Source: Octopus sinensis
Taxonomy: Eukaryota
NCBI RefSeq assembly: GCF_006345805.1
Contig: NC_043002.1
Span: forward strand, 67,022,001 to 67,086,000
Length of the DNA stretch: 64,000 bases
Direction: 5' to 3'
Below the pieces are notes generated by a model. That model was given only the letters and a program-made list of their open reading frames with translations, searched no databases and had not been told where the DNA came from. The position numbers were made by a program, and so were the translations under genes. Below are positions 10,720 to 22,760 of this stretch, piece after piece. Every line of letters begins with the position of its first letter. Positions within the stretch are counted from its first letter, which is position 1.

Positions 10720-10858
10720 TACACGACAGGCTTTTAGCTTCCGTCCACCAAATCCATTCACAAGGCCTTGGTTAGCCCGAGTCTATAGTAGAAGGTATCG
10801 AACTGGAAACAAGCGGTTGGGAAGCAAGCCTCCTACCACACAGCCGCGCTTGCGCCTC
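10720..10858 (-). mobile_element. Family B SINE fragment
   Basis: Head and AAATCCA(C/T)TCACAAGGC body, internally deleted. Confidence 0.7.
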
Positions 10859-10874
10859 TATAATAACAATAATG

Positions 10875-10912
<38 letters not shown>

Positions 10913-11914
10913 GATTGAAACTCTTAAAAGAAAATAGAGAACAAAGCCGAGAGTCTAGATCAATAAGATTCGAAATCAAAGCTTCGTTAACCAAAATGAT
11001 TTGGCAAATAATATAACTCGCAAGTGTCAGAAGCCATCCATCATAGCAACTATTCGTTTTCCTTTCTTCTTTCTCTTTTTCAATTTATGAGAATGTTTTG
11101 AGTATAATTGCTTTCTGAGAAATACAAACAGTACTTCTCTACGAGGATGAGATAAAACCGGAAGTTTTTAAAGCTACCAAAATATCAGCTGGCACTTAGG
11201 AGGTTTTGACACAGATAAGAAAGAGAAGCTTTCCTTTCTATTTTTCTATTTGTCTTTTTGTTAGCCAGATGTCTGCAATCTGATGCTATTTACGAAATAT
11301 GATTCTAGTAATTTGTAGGAATTGTTTTCGAATTGGTTTTTCTGCTTCTTTACTTCCTAGCTTATTTTGAAATGAAAAAGGCCAAAAGTTTGGATTGTTA
11401 AAAAAAAATTAAATGAGGATAAATAACAGGAAAAAAAAAAAACTGTCAACGCACGCTCCCCACACAAACACAAATGCACACACACACACACACACACGAA
11501 TCAACAACAAATAAGTTTATAAAAACATACAAAAAGAGAAAACTCTTCTAAATGTGATTTTACGTTGCTGGCGATAGGATAAAACAGAAAGTGGCTGTCA
11601 GCCTCGCATATCAATAACGGAGGTCAATGTTCGTTTCATTTAGGCTCAAAAAGCCATTTTTAAAGCCGGTCAAAATCCTAAAGTAACAACAATATTCCAA
11701 AAGCAAGAGAAAATAGATGTCACTCCAAAATGTCCACTAACAATTTATCATTTCGTTTATACTTTTATCTCTCATATTTCTTGTTTTTCTATTTGGAGGC
11801 ATGGATATATAGTTCAAAAGTTTTCCTTGCAATCACGTGCTTTCGATTTCATCCCTATTGCACGGTAACTTGTGCAAGTTTCTTCTACTGTAGCCAGTAC
11901 TTATTTTTAAAGCG

Positions 11915-12172
11915 TAATACTTACTCTGTTAATCCTTTTTGCTGAACCGCTAAGTTACGGGGACGTAAACACACCAACACCAGTTGTCAGACACACGCGC
12001 GCGCACACACACACGTACGACGCACTTTGATTTTCCGTCTACCAAATCCACTCACAAGGCTTTTGTCGACTTGCGGCTATAGTAGAAGTGACTTGTCGAA
12101 GGTTCTACGCATTGGGACTGAACCTGGAACCGTGTGGTTGAGATGGAAACTTCTTACTACACAGCCACTACC
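11915..12172 (-). mobile_element. Family B+C composite SINE, diverged
   Basis: Both modules present, separated by CA/CG repeats. Confidence 0.75.
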
Positions 12173-13647
12173 GTTCACATATATAAAGTTTTCTATCTAT
12201 CTATATATATGTATCTGTGTGTGAATGTGTGTATGTGTGTACATAGAATGTATTTTTTTCGTTAAAAAATGGCGGAGATGGGCTTTATGGTTTTATACCG
12301 CGTCGGCTTTTTATTTTGCTGACAAATTCATATCAAAACTGACTTCAGAGACTCGTTTCCATTATGCAAGTCACGTGGCTGTGCTTAAAACGATTATCAT
12401 TGTGACAAAATAATTTTGACTATCTCGAAATAAGAGAAGTAGTTTGATCTCCATAGTAGTGAATTTTTTTTTCTCTAAATACAGTCGAGAAAAGCCTTCA
12501 AGAAACTAGTAATCTCGTAATTCTATCTTTCATAAGATCAGCTTCTCTCGAACTGGAATTCAACTAATGAGAGAAGCGAACGTAGCAGACATTTCTTCCC
12601 TGATTTCTAATACTGATTGCTGTTTCTTTGCATGGATCAATCCTTTGGTTTCTGTGCTGCTTATTTGAAGGACAAATATCTCAGACACGTATTAAATATT
12701 ATGTTTCATAATCTGTAAATGGGAGCAATTTTCTGCTATTAACGTGTTATTTGCCAGTAAACTCCAAATCAATTATCCATCATTGCGGTTATTGATCTCT
12801 TAGTTTTTCAGTTCATAATTTCCACATGATAAAATTAATGATAATAATGAAGAGGGAAGATGATAAAATATAGCTTTGACTGAACATGTTTTTATGAATT
12901 GTCTAAAGTTTCCTTTTTGTACAACATACAACAATGTTAATACAGCGTAAATAATACTGTAATAATACACCATTTTACATCAGACTTAGTTATATTAAGT
13001 ATAAAGTTTAAACTATAAATGGACAAATTGAGTAAATGGATATCTGAAATGGATGTAATTCTGGGTTTATAGAATATATATTTATTTAAATTGAACGAAA
13101 TGCAATTCTATAGTTATGAGACTATATATTCTCTTTTTAACGGTTGAACTCAAAGATAAAGTTATAAATAACAGCATGTAAATATTAGCTTAAAGAAACT
13201 GTTTGAGCAGATAAAGACGAAGGCTGCCATATTCAACAGTTGAAAACGAATTATTTCTCGTTTCTCGAAGTATCTAAATTCTTATGATGTAAACAATATA
13301 TTTTATGGCTTAAAAGTTACAGAGCAAAATTAAATCGGTCTCTGCTCTACATCTGTGTCATACGGATTTTGTATAATAGTTTTATACAATGATGTTGACT
13401 ACAACAAATAGAATTTCTACTACAAATCAATCGTAAAATTCTAGAAGTAGAAATAGATTACAAAATCATACATATTTCGTGTGTGTTTGTTTTTTCCAAC
13501 CCTTCACGACTAGCAACAACTAAGACAGTTACAAACCTTTCTGCTACAGGCACAAGGTCTGAAATTTTTCAGGAAGAGCGACGCCAATGCTCAACTGGTA
13601 CTTATTTGATCTATTCCGAAAGGATGAAGAAAACAAAAATGAAAATT

Positions 13648-13869
13648 ATAATCCCTCGCCATATCGGTGCTCACCTATCGCGGTTAATTATTTAAGCTTA
13701 CGTCGATTCCCCCGTGGTATTGCTTTGCTTTTATAATAAAATAAATATGTACAAATTATAAAAATAAAAAAAATATACAGTACAGTACTGTACTGTTTCT
13801 ACTTCGCGGATTTTCACCTATCGCGGGGGCTTTTGGAACGTAACACTTGCAATAGTCGAGGGATTACTG
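13648..13869. mobile_element. Tigger/pogo-like MITE
   Basis: Ends (T)AATCCCTCG...CGAGGGATTACTG. Homologous along its length to 27791-28012 and 61198-61417. Confidence 0.75.
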
Positions 13870-14891
13870 AAGATAGAATATCAGTATTGGTTGTTGTTGT
13901 TGTTAGTTATAAATCATCCCTAATCTATTATCGAAGACATTCCAACTGTGGCCATTCCATCTTTTCGAAAGAATGTAGGAGAAAGTTTGCTATTCTCTCC
14001 TTTCTTATTTCTACCAGGTCAAGCAATCAGCTACAAGCTTTCCTCATTGGCTCTTACCAATATTGGCGTGGTTACTCTTCATTTACTGGCGATTTCTGAT
14101 TGAACAAACTCATGTTCAAAGGCTCTCCACTTATAACCACATTGTTTATTATGTCCTTCATTTTTTAAAGACAGTAGGGTGTTATATGAGGAAAATTCTG
14201 TTGCTATTTCTAGTAGATCAAATGACCATTTCCAGAATAAAGGTGAGGAGGATTGTCACTAAGTATTATACTGTAATAGTTATGAAGACAGAAGGGAACA
14301 GGGTAACAAGGTTGGTATGGATATTTAAAACGAAGTTCAGCTCCGACTGAGAGGACCTGTCATCAAAGACATTCCACCTTACAGTCTTTTCTCATTCATA
14401 GCACATCAAACGGTGCATTATCCGATGCACCCTTCCATCTTTTAAACGGCAAGGTGTGATTTGAGGGTAATTTTACTGTTATTTCTCACATTTAATGAGA
14501 ACACATAGAGGTTTGGTCAGTGGGTGGAAGTTTCCTATTGTAGCAACAGTAAGACTTATAGTGAAGTGACGGATATTTATAGGGCAATTTACTTCTATAA
14601 TTCCATTGACATCTTACATGTTTAGTGGAAAGTACGTGCTTTAGTTGCACTCATGATCTCAACATGGCGGTTTCGATTTCCGAGCTAGTCGGTGCGTTGT
14701 GTTCTTGAGCACAACACTTTATTTCACGTTGTTCCAGTTCATCCAGTTGAAAATGAGTGACCCCCATTTACAGAGGATCCTGTTCATGGAAACCGAGTAA
14801 CTGATCTTCTGAATCTTAGATCCCCTGATAAGTAATTACTGGTATGTTTTATAGATATACTAATATCTAACAATATTTAACTGGTGAAATG

Positions 14892-15300
14892 CGGCGAGCT
14901 GGCAGAATTACAACTGCAGCGGAAAAATAGTGAGGGGCATTTCGTCCATCCTAATGTTCTGAGTTCGAATTCTGCCGAAGTCGATTTTGCCTTTAATCCT
15001 TTCGGGGTCGATAAAATAAGTACCGTTGAACAATGGAGTCGATGTAGTCGACTTAGCCCTTTTCCCGAAATTACTGGCATTGAACAAGAATTTGAAACCA
15101 AAATTTGACTGGCGCAACGCTGTGAGCTGACAGAATCGTTACCGCACCGGAAATAATGCTTAGCGGCATTTTTTCCGACTCTAGGTTCTGAGTTCAAACT
15201 CCGCCGAAGTCGACTTCGCCCTTCATCCTTTCGAGGTCGATAAAGTAAGTACCGTTGAACAATGGAGTCGATGTAATCGACTTAAATCCTTCTCCGAAAT
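14892..15300 (+). mobile_element. Two tandem family A SINEs
   Basis: Two successive head plus central-domain units. Confidence 0.8.
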
Positions 15301-15304
15301 TATT

Positions 15305-15692
15305 TTTACTTTTACTTGTTTCAGTCATTTGACTGCGGCCATGCTTGAGCACCGCCATTAGTCGCGCAAATCGAACCCAGGACTAATTCTTTGGAAGCCT
15401 AGTACTTATTCTATCGGTCTCTCTTGCCGAACCGCTAAGTTACGGGGACGTAAACACACCAGCATCGGTTGTCAAGCGATATTGGGGGCACAAACATATA
15501 CACACATACATACATATATATACATATATACGACGGGCTTCTTTCAGTTTCCGTCTACCAAATCCACTCACAAGGCTTTGGTTGGCCCGAGGCTATAGTA
15601 GAAGACACTTGACCAAGGTGCTACGCAGTGGGAATGAATCCGGAAGCATGTGGTTGGTAAGCAAGCTACTTAGCACACAGCCACTCCTGCGC
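15305..15692 (-). mobile_element. Full-length family B+C composite SINE
   Basis: Complete from head to the GACTGAAACAAGTAAAAG tail. Confidence 0.85.
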
Positions 15693-16228
15693 ACAAATTG
15701 CTAACCTAGTGCCAAAATTCGAAACCAATATTTAACTGATGCCTTGCTTAACCAAACCCGGAAGGATGAAAGACAATGTTGATCTCGGCGCGATATGAAC
15801 CTTGATTAAATACCTTGAGATATTTAGTTAGAGCCGTTAATTACTCTTGCGACTCTGTCAATCGAAGTTTTGGAAAGCGGTATTTAAGGAATTCTTAGTT
15901 GTGGAATTCATCAAAATTGCTAGCTGCAGAATGGATGGGGAGTATGATAAGAGATCGTTAGCGGTGAATGAGGATGCTGTATAGGAGGCGATGTAAGTAA
16001 CTGCTGCATGATCTTAACATGTGTCGGTGATTGTTATGGGAATAGAGAAAGATGGTGTATGATAATATTTGAATCTGTTTTCCCTTTACTGATTCTGATG
16101 GTTTTGTCGCAGTGGCAGTAGTAGTGGTAGCAGCAGTATCAGCAACAATAAAGAAATTAGTATCTGGAACTTATCATAAATTCCTAAGAGATACACAACG
16201 GTAAACACAACAAAGCTGAGAACGCTTC

Positions 16229-16259
<31 letters not shown>

Positions 16260-16266
16260 GTGGTTT

Positions 16267-16932
16267 AAGGCGGCGAGGTGGCAGAAACGTTAGCAAGCCG
16301 GGCGAAATGCTTAGCGGTATTTCGTCTGCCGCTACGTTCTGAGTTCAAATTCCGCCGAGGTCGACTTTGCCTTTCATCCTTTCGGGGTCGATTAAATAAG
16401 TACCAGTTACGCACTGGGGTCGATATAATCGACTTAATCCGTTTGTCTGTCCTTGTTTGTCCCCTCTGTGTGTAGCCCCTTCTGAGCAGTAAAGAAATAA
16501 GAAACGTTAGTACTCTGGGCGAAATGCTTAGCAGTATTTCGTCCGTCTTTACGTTCTGAGTTCAAATTTCCCCGAGGTCAATTTGCCTTTTATCCTTTCA
16601 GGGTCTGTAAATTAAGTACCAGTTGCGTACTGGGGTCGATCTCATCGATTGGCTCCATCCCGCCAAAATTTCAGGCCTTGTGCCTATAGTAGAAAGGATT
16701 ATTACAGCTACTTAGAGCAACGAACTGATGGAACCGTTACCACGGCGAACAAATTCCATAGCGGCATTTCGACCCTCTATAGTCTGAGTTCAAATTCCGC
16801 CGAGGTCGATTTTGCCTTTCATAATTTCGGAGTTGATAAAATTAGTACACGCTGAGCACTGAGGTCGATATAATCGAAATAAGCCCTCCCTTCGAATTTC
16901 AGGCCGTGTGCCCATAATAGAAAGAATTATTA
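16267..16932 (+). mobile_element. Family A SINE dimer (long-tail + short-tail) followed by a third monomer
   Basis: Same monomer order and junction (AAAGAAATAAGAAACGTTAG) as at about 1260. Confidence 0.85.
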
Positions 16933-18889
16933 CAGTTACTTAGCTTTTAGCATATGTATCTTCCCCCAAGCATCTCCCCCTTGCGCTGATTTATTGTCCT
17001 ATTAGATATTGTTATTCTTACTGTACAGTCAGGGTGGTTGTAAGTTTTGTCTAAGTTGATTCCTTGTTGCGATATAACAAATTAGAATAATTTTGAAAGC
17101 AGCAAAATTTACAGTTCACTTACTTATTTTTATTAAATATTTCAAACCGATTAATATATTCAGTGCATAAAAGTAACCCTTTCTGCGATGGTTTATACAA
17201 ATGAAAGAAAAAATAGTTGCCAACTCGATTTTCTATTCAATGAAAAACAGACATAATTTATTTTCCCATAGAAGTAAAAGGAAAGTGTATGTGTCGATTG
17301 TGGCTAATATGAAGTGCAAACTTTATCGAGAAGAAAGAATACGAAACACTAAAAGAGGCTGCCTTCAGATAAGTTAGTATCTTAAAAAGAATATTTATGT
17401 AATTGCAGCCTACAAAATGACAAATAATGCGCATACTTCCGTAACACAGGCACGTTTTGAAGTGGTTATGGTAATTGTGAAGAAAGCGAATCATAAACAT
17501 CGATGTTTTGTTTGTTAAAGTGTTGTTGCTGTACGAATTTTAACGGAAAAAAATTAATATTATTTGAGAAAGTTAGTTTTATCACGGCGTACAGTTTCTG
17601 ACTGTATAAAGGATTTAGTTTTAAAAAAAAGTTGTTCGAAACTTCAGTCTTAGTTTGAGAAAGAATCTGTAAACCACACAAAGAAATGGGAGAAATAATG
17701 TTAAGAAATTAGGAACGAATCTCTCGGTTAATTTACAAGCTTAAGGGAAGTATGATCTTTGAAAATAAGAGACAACTAAAGACATGTTTCAGTTTATTAG
17801 ACCTCATCGAAGAAACAGACTATTCAAGCTTATTTGACCAGTTGAAGATTTTTACCTTTACCAAAAATGTCACGAATAATTTTTGGCTAAGACCAAGAAG
17901 CTTCTTTGGTGTTATTGCTAATGGGTGACAGAGATTGCTGGTACGGTATGGTGAAACGCGTTTGGTCGGAGCCACCAGCAGTAATAGTAAAAGTAATAGA
18001 AGAAGAAGTAGAGTGTGCACGATTTACAAACAAAAAAAAAAAATGCTAAGGGAAGTAACTCAAATAAGATAACGGGATGAATTTAGATAAATAATTTAAA
18101 AGTCAATTACAGTCGCTATTTATGCGTCTCCCAGAGCCTTGTTATATTAAGGATGTCTACATAAGTAGAATAAAAACGATTTTTTTCTTTTATAACCAAG
18201 CATACTCCCACACACGAAGGAAGGAAGGAAGCGGATGCAAAACCTTACGTTAAAACTTTTCTCATGGGTTCTCACAATTTAAATGAAGTCAGTGGATACA
18301 ACAGGGAATGAAAACCGTGTAGTCGTTTTTCCTCACCGATGTTTTCATATTGATTTTACAGTTATCATCAAGATGAGTAAAAGCAAAAACATTCCTTCAG
18401 TTCCAGATCAAAGATATTCCTGTGGCGACCATTTCATCTTTCCAAAGACAATTGGGTGTGATTTGAGGGCAATTTTTAGCAAGTTGATCGACCATATAGA
18501 AGCTCCTTTCTTTGTTCGTAGCATTTGTGTTAGCAAGAGAAACAAGTTATCGAAATAAACTACCTTCAAATGGTATTGAAACCGCACCTGGGTCTCTCCT
18601 TGCTGATAGCTTTAATCTTGCTTTACAGCAAGATTAAACGGGCACTAATGTTTTCAGCGTGATAAAGGAATCTCTACGTGCTTGACAAACCTCCTAGAAA
18701 GAGCAATTAAATCTTCCTCAAACAATAATCTACCATATTAAGTCTGGAAAGAACATGATAGATACTGTTGTCTTACAGACCATGGAAATGGCTGGGCGGT
18801 TGTGTCTGGAATGCTTTTGCTTATAAATCTGCTCGCTAAGCAATTAAAACATACGGTAGAATGAATGAAAATATTGTTTGCGAATCTTG

Positions 18890-19090
18890 GCACAAGGCCA
18901 GCAACTTCAGGGGCGGGGTTAGGTCGATTACATCGACTTCAACACTCTAGTGGTACTTATTTTATTGACCCCGAAAGGAGGAAAGCAAAGTCGACCTCGG
19001 CAGAATTTAAATACAGAATCTAAAAACTGACGAAATGCCGCTAAGCATTTTGGCCGACTTACTAGCGATTCTGCCATCTCGCCGCCTTAG
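18890..19090 (-). mobile_element. Family A SINE monomer
   Basis: Reverse complement of head and central domain. Confidence 0.75.
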
Positions 19091-19839
19091 AATGAATGAA
19101 AATATTAGAAACAAACTTTCTATTAGTTTTTTATTGTCATATCATTGTTGTTTACACTAAGGTCGAAACCTATAGCTCCATTTGTGCTCCGCCTATCTTT
19201 TTTTTTAGTGTGTCTTCCAATGTGCGTTTCTCTTACTTACAAGAGAAGGGTGTCATTTGAGGAAGACTTGCTGTTGCTTCTAGCAAACCGTGTGACTACG
19301 TAAACATTCCTCAGTTGGCTTCTTACCAATTCTGTTTTTTATAGCAACCGAACTACAATCATATTTTGTATTTATTTATTTATCTATCCATTCATTCATT
19401 CATTCATTCATAAATGTTGTTTTTCATTTGGCAAGTGATAATTTTACTATCAAATGCCAAAAGCAAAGAAATCTAATCTACTAATATCCATGAATGAAAA
19501 ATGTATTCGGTTTCCCTTTGTAACGGCGCCAAGTCATGCTGCTGTGGATTCTCATTTGTTTGTTCGCTGTTTGTCCTGTCATGCATGAATCCGAAGCCAC
19601 AAGATGATCAACGGACGGTGAGTGAACACAAATACCATTGATCAAAACCAACCACAATACTCTTAGGTATTAATTAAATGGTTTACCGCTAATGTATTTC
19701 ATGTAATCAAGTTTAGGATCCTAATTATGTGAAGTTTATAGTTTACGTAAGAAGTATCAACATAAGAGAGCAGTAGCTTAAGTATGTGCATGTGTGTATA
19801 ATAATAATATAATAATAATAATAATAATTATAATAACAA

Positions 19840-19945
19840 CCCTTATCAGACGGGTAGTCATGATGGGTATACCGGCTTCGTATATTTTACCCCAGTGTCA
19901 CTTTGATGGCATACACTGCTCTCTCACTCAATAATAATAATAATC
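19840..19945 (+). mobile_element. Short retroposon 3' tail within (AAT)n
   Basis: Unique ~95-bp block ending CTCTCTCACTC(AAT)n, with AAT repeats on both sides. Family not identifiable. Confidence 0.4.
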
Positions 19946-20177
19946 ATTCATGGATGGAATTTATAAATATTTTAATGCATCACTACACGCGTTTCCACAT
20001 ATCACGTTTCTTACAATCATAGTCCGTATTCAGATGAGTACAGTACAGTATTTACTGTATTAAAGTTCCATCCATGCATTATTATTACTATTATTATTAT
20101 TATCATTATTATTATCCGATATTATATCGGTACAACTTCAAAAACCATATTCAAAAAACGTTTCCATAAAGAACTTA

Positions 20178-20263
<86 letters not shown>

Positions 20264-20265
<2 letters not shown>

Positions 20266-20391
20266 ATTAGTGAATTGAAGAAATGGAGTTGAACGAAGAT
20301 TGAACAGAAATCGTTTTATTGCATTCTGGAATGCAATAAAACGATTTCTGTTCAATCTTCGTTCAACTCCATTTCTTCAATTCACTAATAA
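20264..20391. repeat. Perfect palindrome, 63-bp arms, 2-nt spacer
   Basis: TTATTAGTGAATTGAAG...GCATTC tg GAATGC...CTTCAATTCACTAATAA. Confidence 0.95.
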
Positions 20392-20596
20392 TATTAAAAT
20401 TCAATTATCCGCACCAACGCACGGTTGCAACACCAAATGGTTGTACCTCCAACCGTGCTGTCTTCTGCTGTGATTTTTGCTACCAAGGTATCGGTTAAAC
20501 TTTTGATTAATCTGCAACAAGATTATTCATCTTTCTATTTCACAATATATATATATATATATATAAGAAAGTTTGTTTGGTAAAGCACGTGGGTGA

Positions 20597-20953
20597 ATAT
20601 ATAAGAAAATAGTAAAGTGTGAAAAAACGACAGAAGGCTTAAATGTTAAAAAAATATATATTTGTGTCAAATGTCTGGAGAATATTGGAAAAATTTTTTT
20701 CCTTTCCTTAAAATGACATAATTTAAAAAATTTTTAAAGAAATTACCGGTTTCGCGTGTAGCTTTTCAAATTTCTTGTGACAAGAAATTTGAAAAGCTAC
20801 ACGCGAAACCGGTAATTTCTTTAAAAATTTTTAAAATTATGTCATTTTAAGGAAAGGAAAAAAATTTTTCCAATATTCTCCAGACATTTTGAACAAATAT
20901 ATATATTTTTTAACATTTAAGCCTTCTGTCGTTTTTTCACACTTTACTATTTT

Positions 20954-20962
<9 letters not shown>
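20597..20962. repeat. Near-perfect palindrome, ~182-bp arms, 1-nt spacer at 20779
   Basis: Arms differ by only a few substitutions or indels. Centre TTCTTGT g ACAAGAA. Confidence 0.95.
20782..20821 (+). ncRNA. Minimal hammerhead ribozyme, U3-A8 variant (mirror copy on minus strand at 20737-20776)
   Basis: AAGAAAT-TTGAAAA-GC(tacac)GC-GAAAC-CG-GTA-ATTTCTT. 7-bp stem I, 2-bp stem II, palindromic stem III. Confidence 0.65.
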
Positions 20963-21014
<52 letters not shown>

Positions 21015-21189
21015 AAAGGAAATGAAGAAAATGCTGACAAATAATTGAAGTAATTTAAGTAATTTAATTAGGTGAAAGTTCTTTATACCGGTTGCGCATT
21101 TGTTATGCTTATCAAAATATAAAAAGAGATTAGAGATAGAATTTTTCCTCTTATCTGACTTTATGTTGGGTTTGCTGTCTCTTATATGT

Positions 21190-21390
21190 GAAAAAAGAGG
21201 CTCCAGAGTTGTTTTGGATTTGCTTGGTTTCGCGCCTAAAATTTTGATTGGTCATTATGAAGGGGTCACGTGAATGTTTGAATGGAAGTTGGTGTTGGGG
21301 TAAGAAAAAAGGCTCCAGAGAAGTTAAAATTTGGCTAGTGTCCCGCCTAAAATTTCTTATTGGCCATAATAAAGAGGTCACGTGAATGTT
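21190..21390. promoter_or_regulatory. Duplicated E2F-like / CCAAT / E-box module inside the PLE terminal repeat (mirror at about 24595-24790)
   Basis: Two ~112-bp units, each with TTTCGCGCC or TCCCGCC, then ATTGG, then GTCACGTGA at the same spacing. Function is inferred only. Confidence 0.4.
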
Positions 21391-21879
21391 TAGAATTTTC
21401 GAAAATAGTGTTGTTGAAAATTCTTATTGTTCAGGCTGGTCAGTAGACGTCATGTGGATATTTTAAATAGCTTTTTAGCGCGTAGTTAGGGAGTGTATTT
21501 TCCGCTTGACTGGATAAGTAAGTTCGTTTAGAACAGGGAGAGCTGTATGTATGTATGTGTGTGCGCGCGCGCGTGTGTGTGTTATATGTATGTTGGGGCG
21601 CGCGCGCGTGTATATATGTGTGCGTGTGTGGGTACAATTTTCAATATTTATAGTTCTGCTGGCCTTGTGCCTGTATCGGGAAGCAACGTATTTGTGTGAA
21701 GTCAATATTTACAGCCATTTCCAAAAATAGTGTTGGATGTTTTGCACCCGTATTCAATTATGTGTATGTGTGGAACCATATATTGTGTGTGTCATGGTGT
21801 TAATATCTGGGTAAAGGTGTGTGTAGGGTGTGTGCAGGTGTAAGTGTGTTTGTTGTGGGTTCGTGTTAGGGCATGTGTT

Positions 21880-22760
21880 TAGAAGTGGTCTGTATTTATT
21901 AATAAGGTGGGATTCCATGGTTATTCGCTGGGTATGAGTGGCATTGTCTTTAAATTTGTAGAGGGGAAAGATTCTAAAATTGGGATGGAGTTGTGCGGCA
22001 CAGGTATCAATATGTGCACTAAATGCTATTTTTCTATATTCCTGTATTTTTATTTGGGATCTGTGGACAGTCATGCGTTGGCGGAGGCTATTTTTTTGTT
22101 TGGCCTATGTAGTGTTCATTACAGCCCGAGCAAGTTAAGACATATACTAGGTTTTCTGATGCGCATGTGAAGTTGTGTTTTACTGTGAAACGTTGTCCTT
22201 GTTTAAAAAGGAATTCCGGACCTTCTATTAGGTTGATGCATATACCACAGTTGGGTCTATTGCATTTGTTTACTGTGGGTAGTTTGTTGTGGTTGGCAGT
22301 ACTTTGGCATTTGTTAGGATGGTTTTCAATGATTTGGGTTGCCTTTTGCTCTTTATGATTTCGTGTGTTAGGAGGATTTGGTTCATTCTATGGTCCTTTT
22401 GTAATACAGGAATGTTCTGGAGGATGGTGTCAAAAGCTTCATTGTTGAGGGGGTTGTGTGTAGAGATGTATGGTAGAGTATGGGGTCGATGTAACAGGTT
22501 TAGGGCGTCTAAGTTCCTGCGTGCTGAGTTTTAGGGCGCGTTGGATCCCATTGTCAATTAGTGACGTGGGGTAATCCCTGCTTGTTAATGTGCCCTTGAG
22601 TTCTTGTAGACGTAAGAGACGGGTGTTTTTATTGGAGACTATAGTGCAAATTCTCTTGGCTAAGTTGTAGGGAATGTTAATTTTAACGTGTCTAGGGTGG
22701 CATGAATTGAAAGGGAGGTATTGCTTGGAGTCTGTGGGCTTGTAGTATATGTCTGTCTTC
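21880..22760 (-). pseudogene. PLE thumb/linker and GIY-YIG endonuclease (frameshifted)
   Basis: TDIYYKPTDSKQYLPFNSCHPRHVKINIPYNLAKRICTIVS; LVYVLTCSGCNEHYIGQTK at about 22094-22150; ends ESHLINKYRPLLN. Confidence 0.85.

Noticed and set aside
17780-17815. Minus-strand CGATGA-GGT..ACT-GAAACATGTC
   Set aside because: Core is not CUGANGA and stem I does not form.
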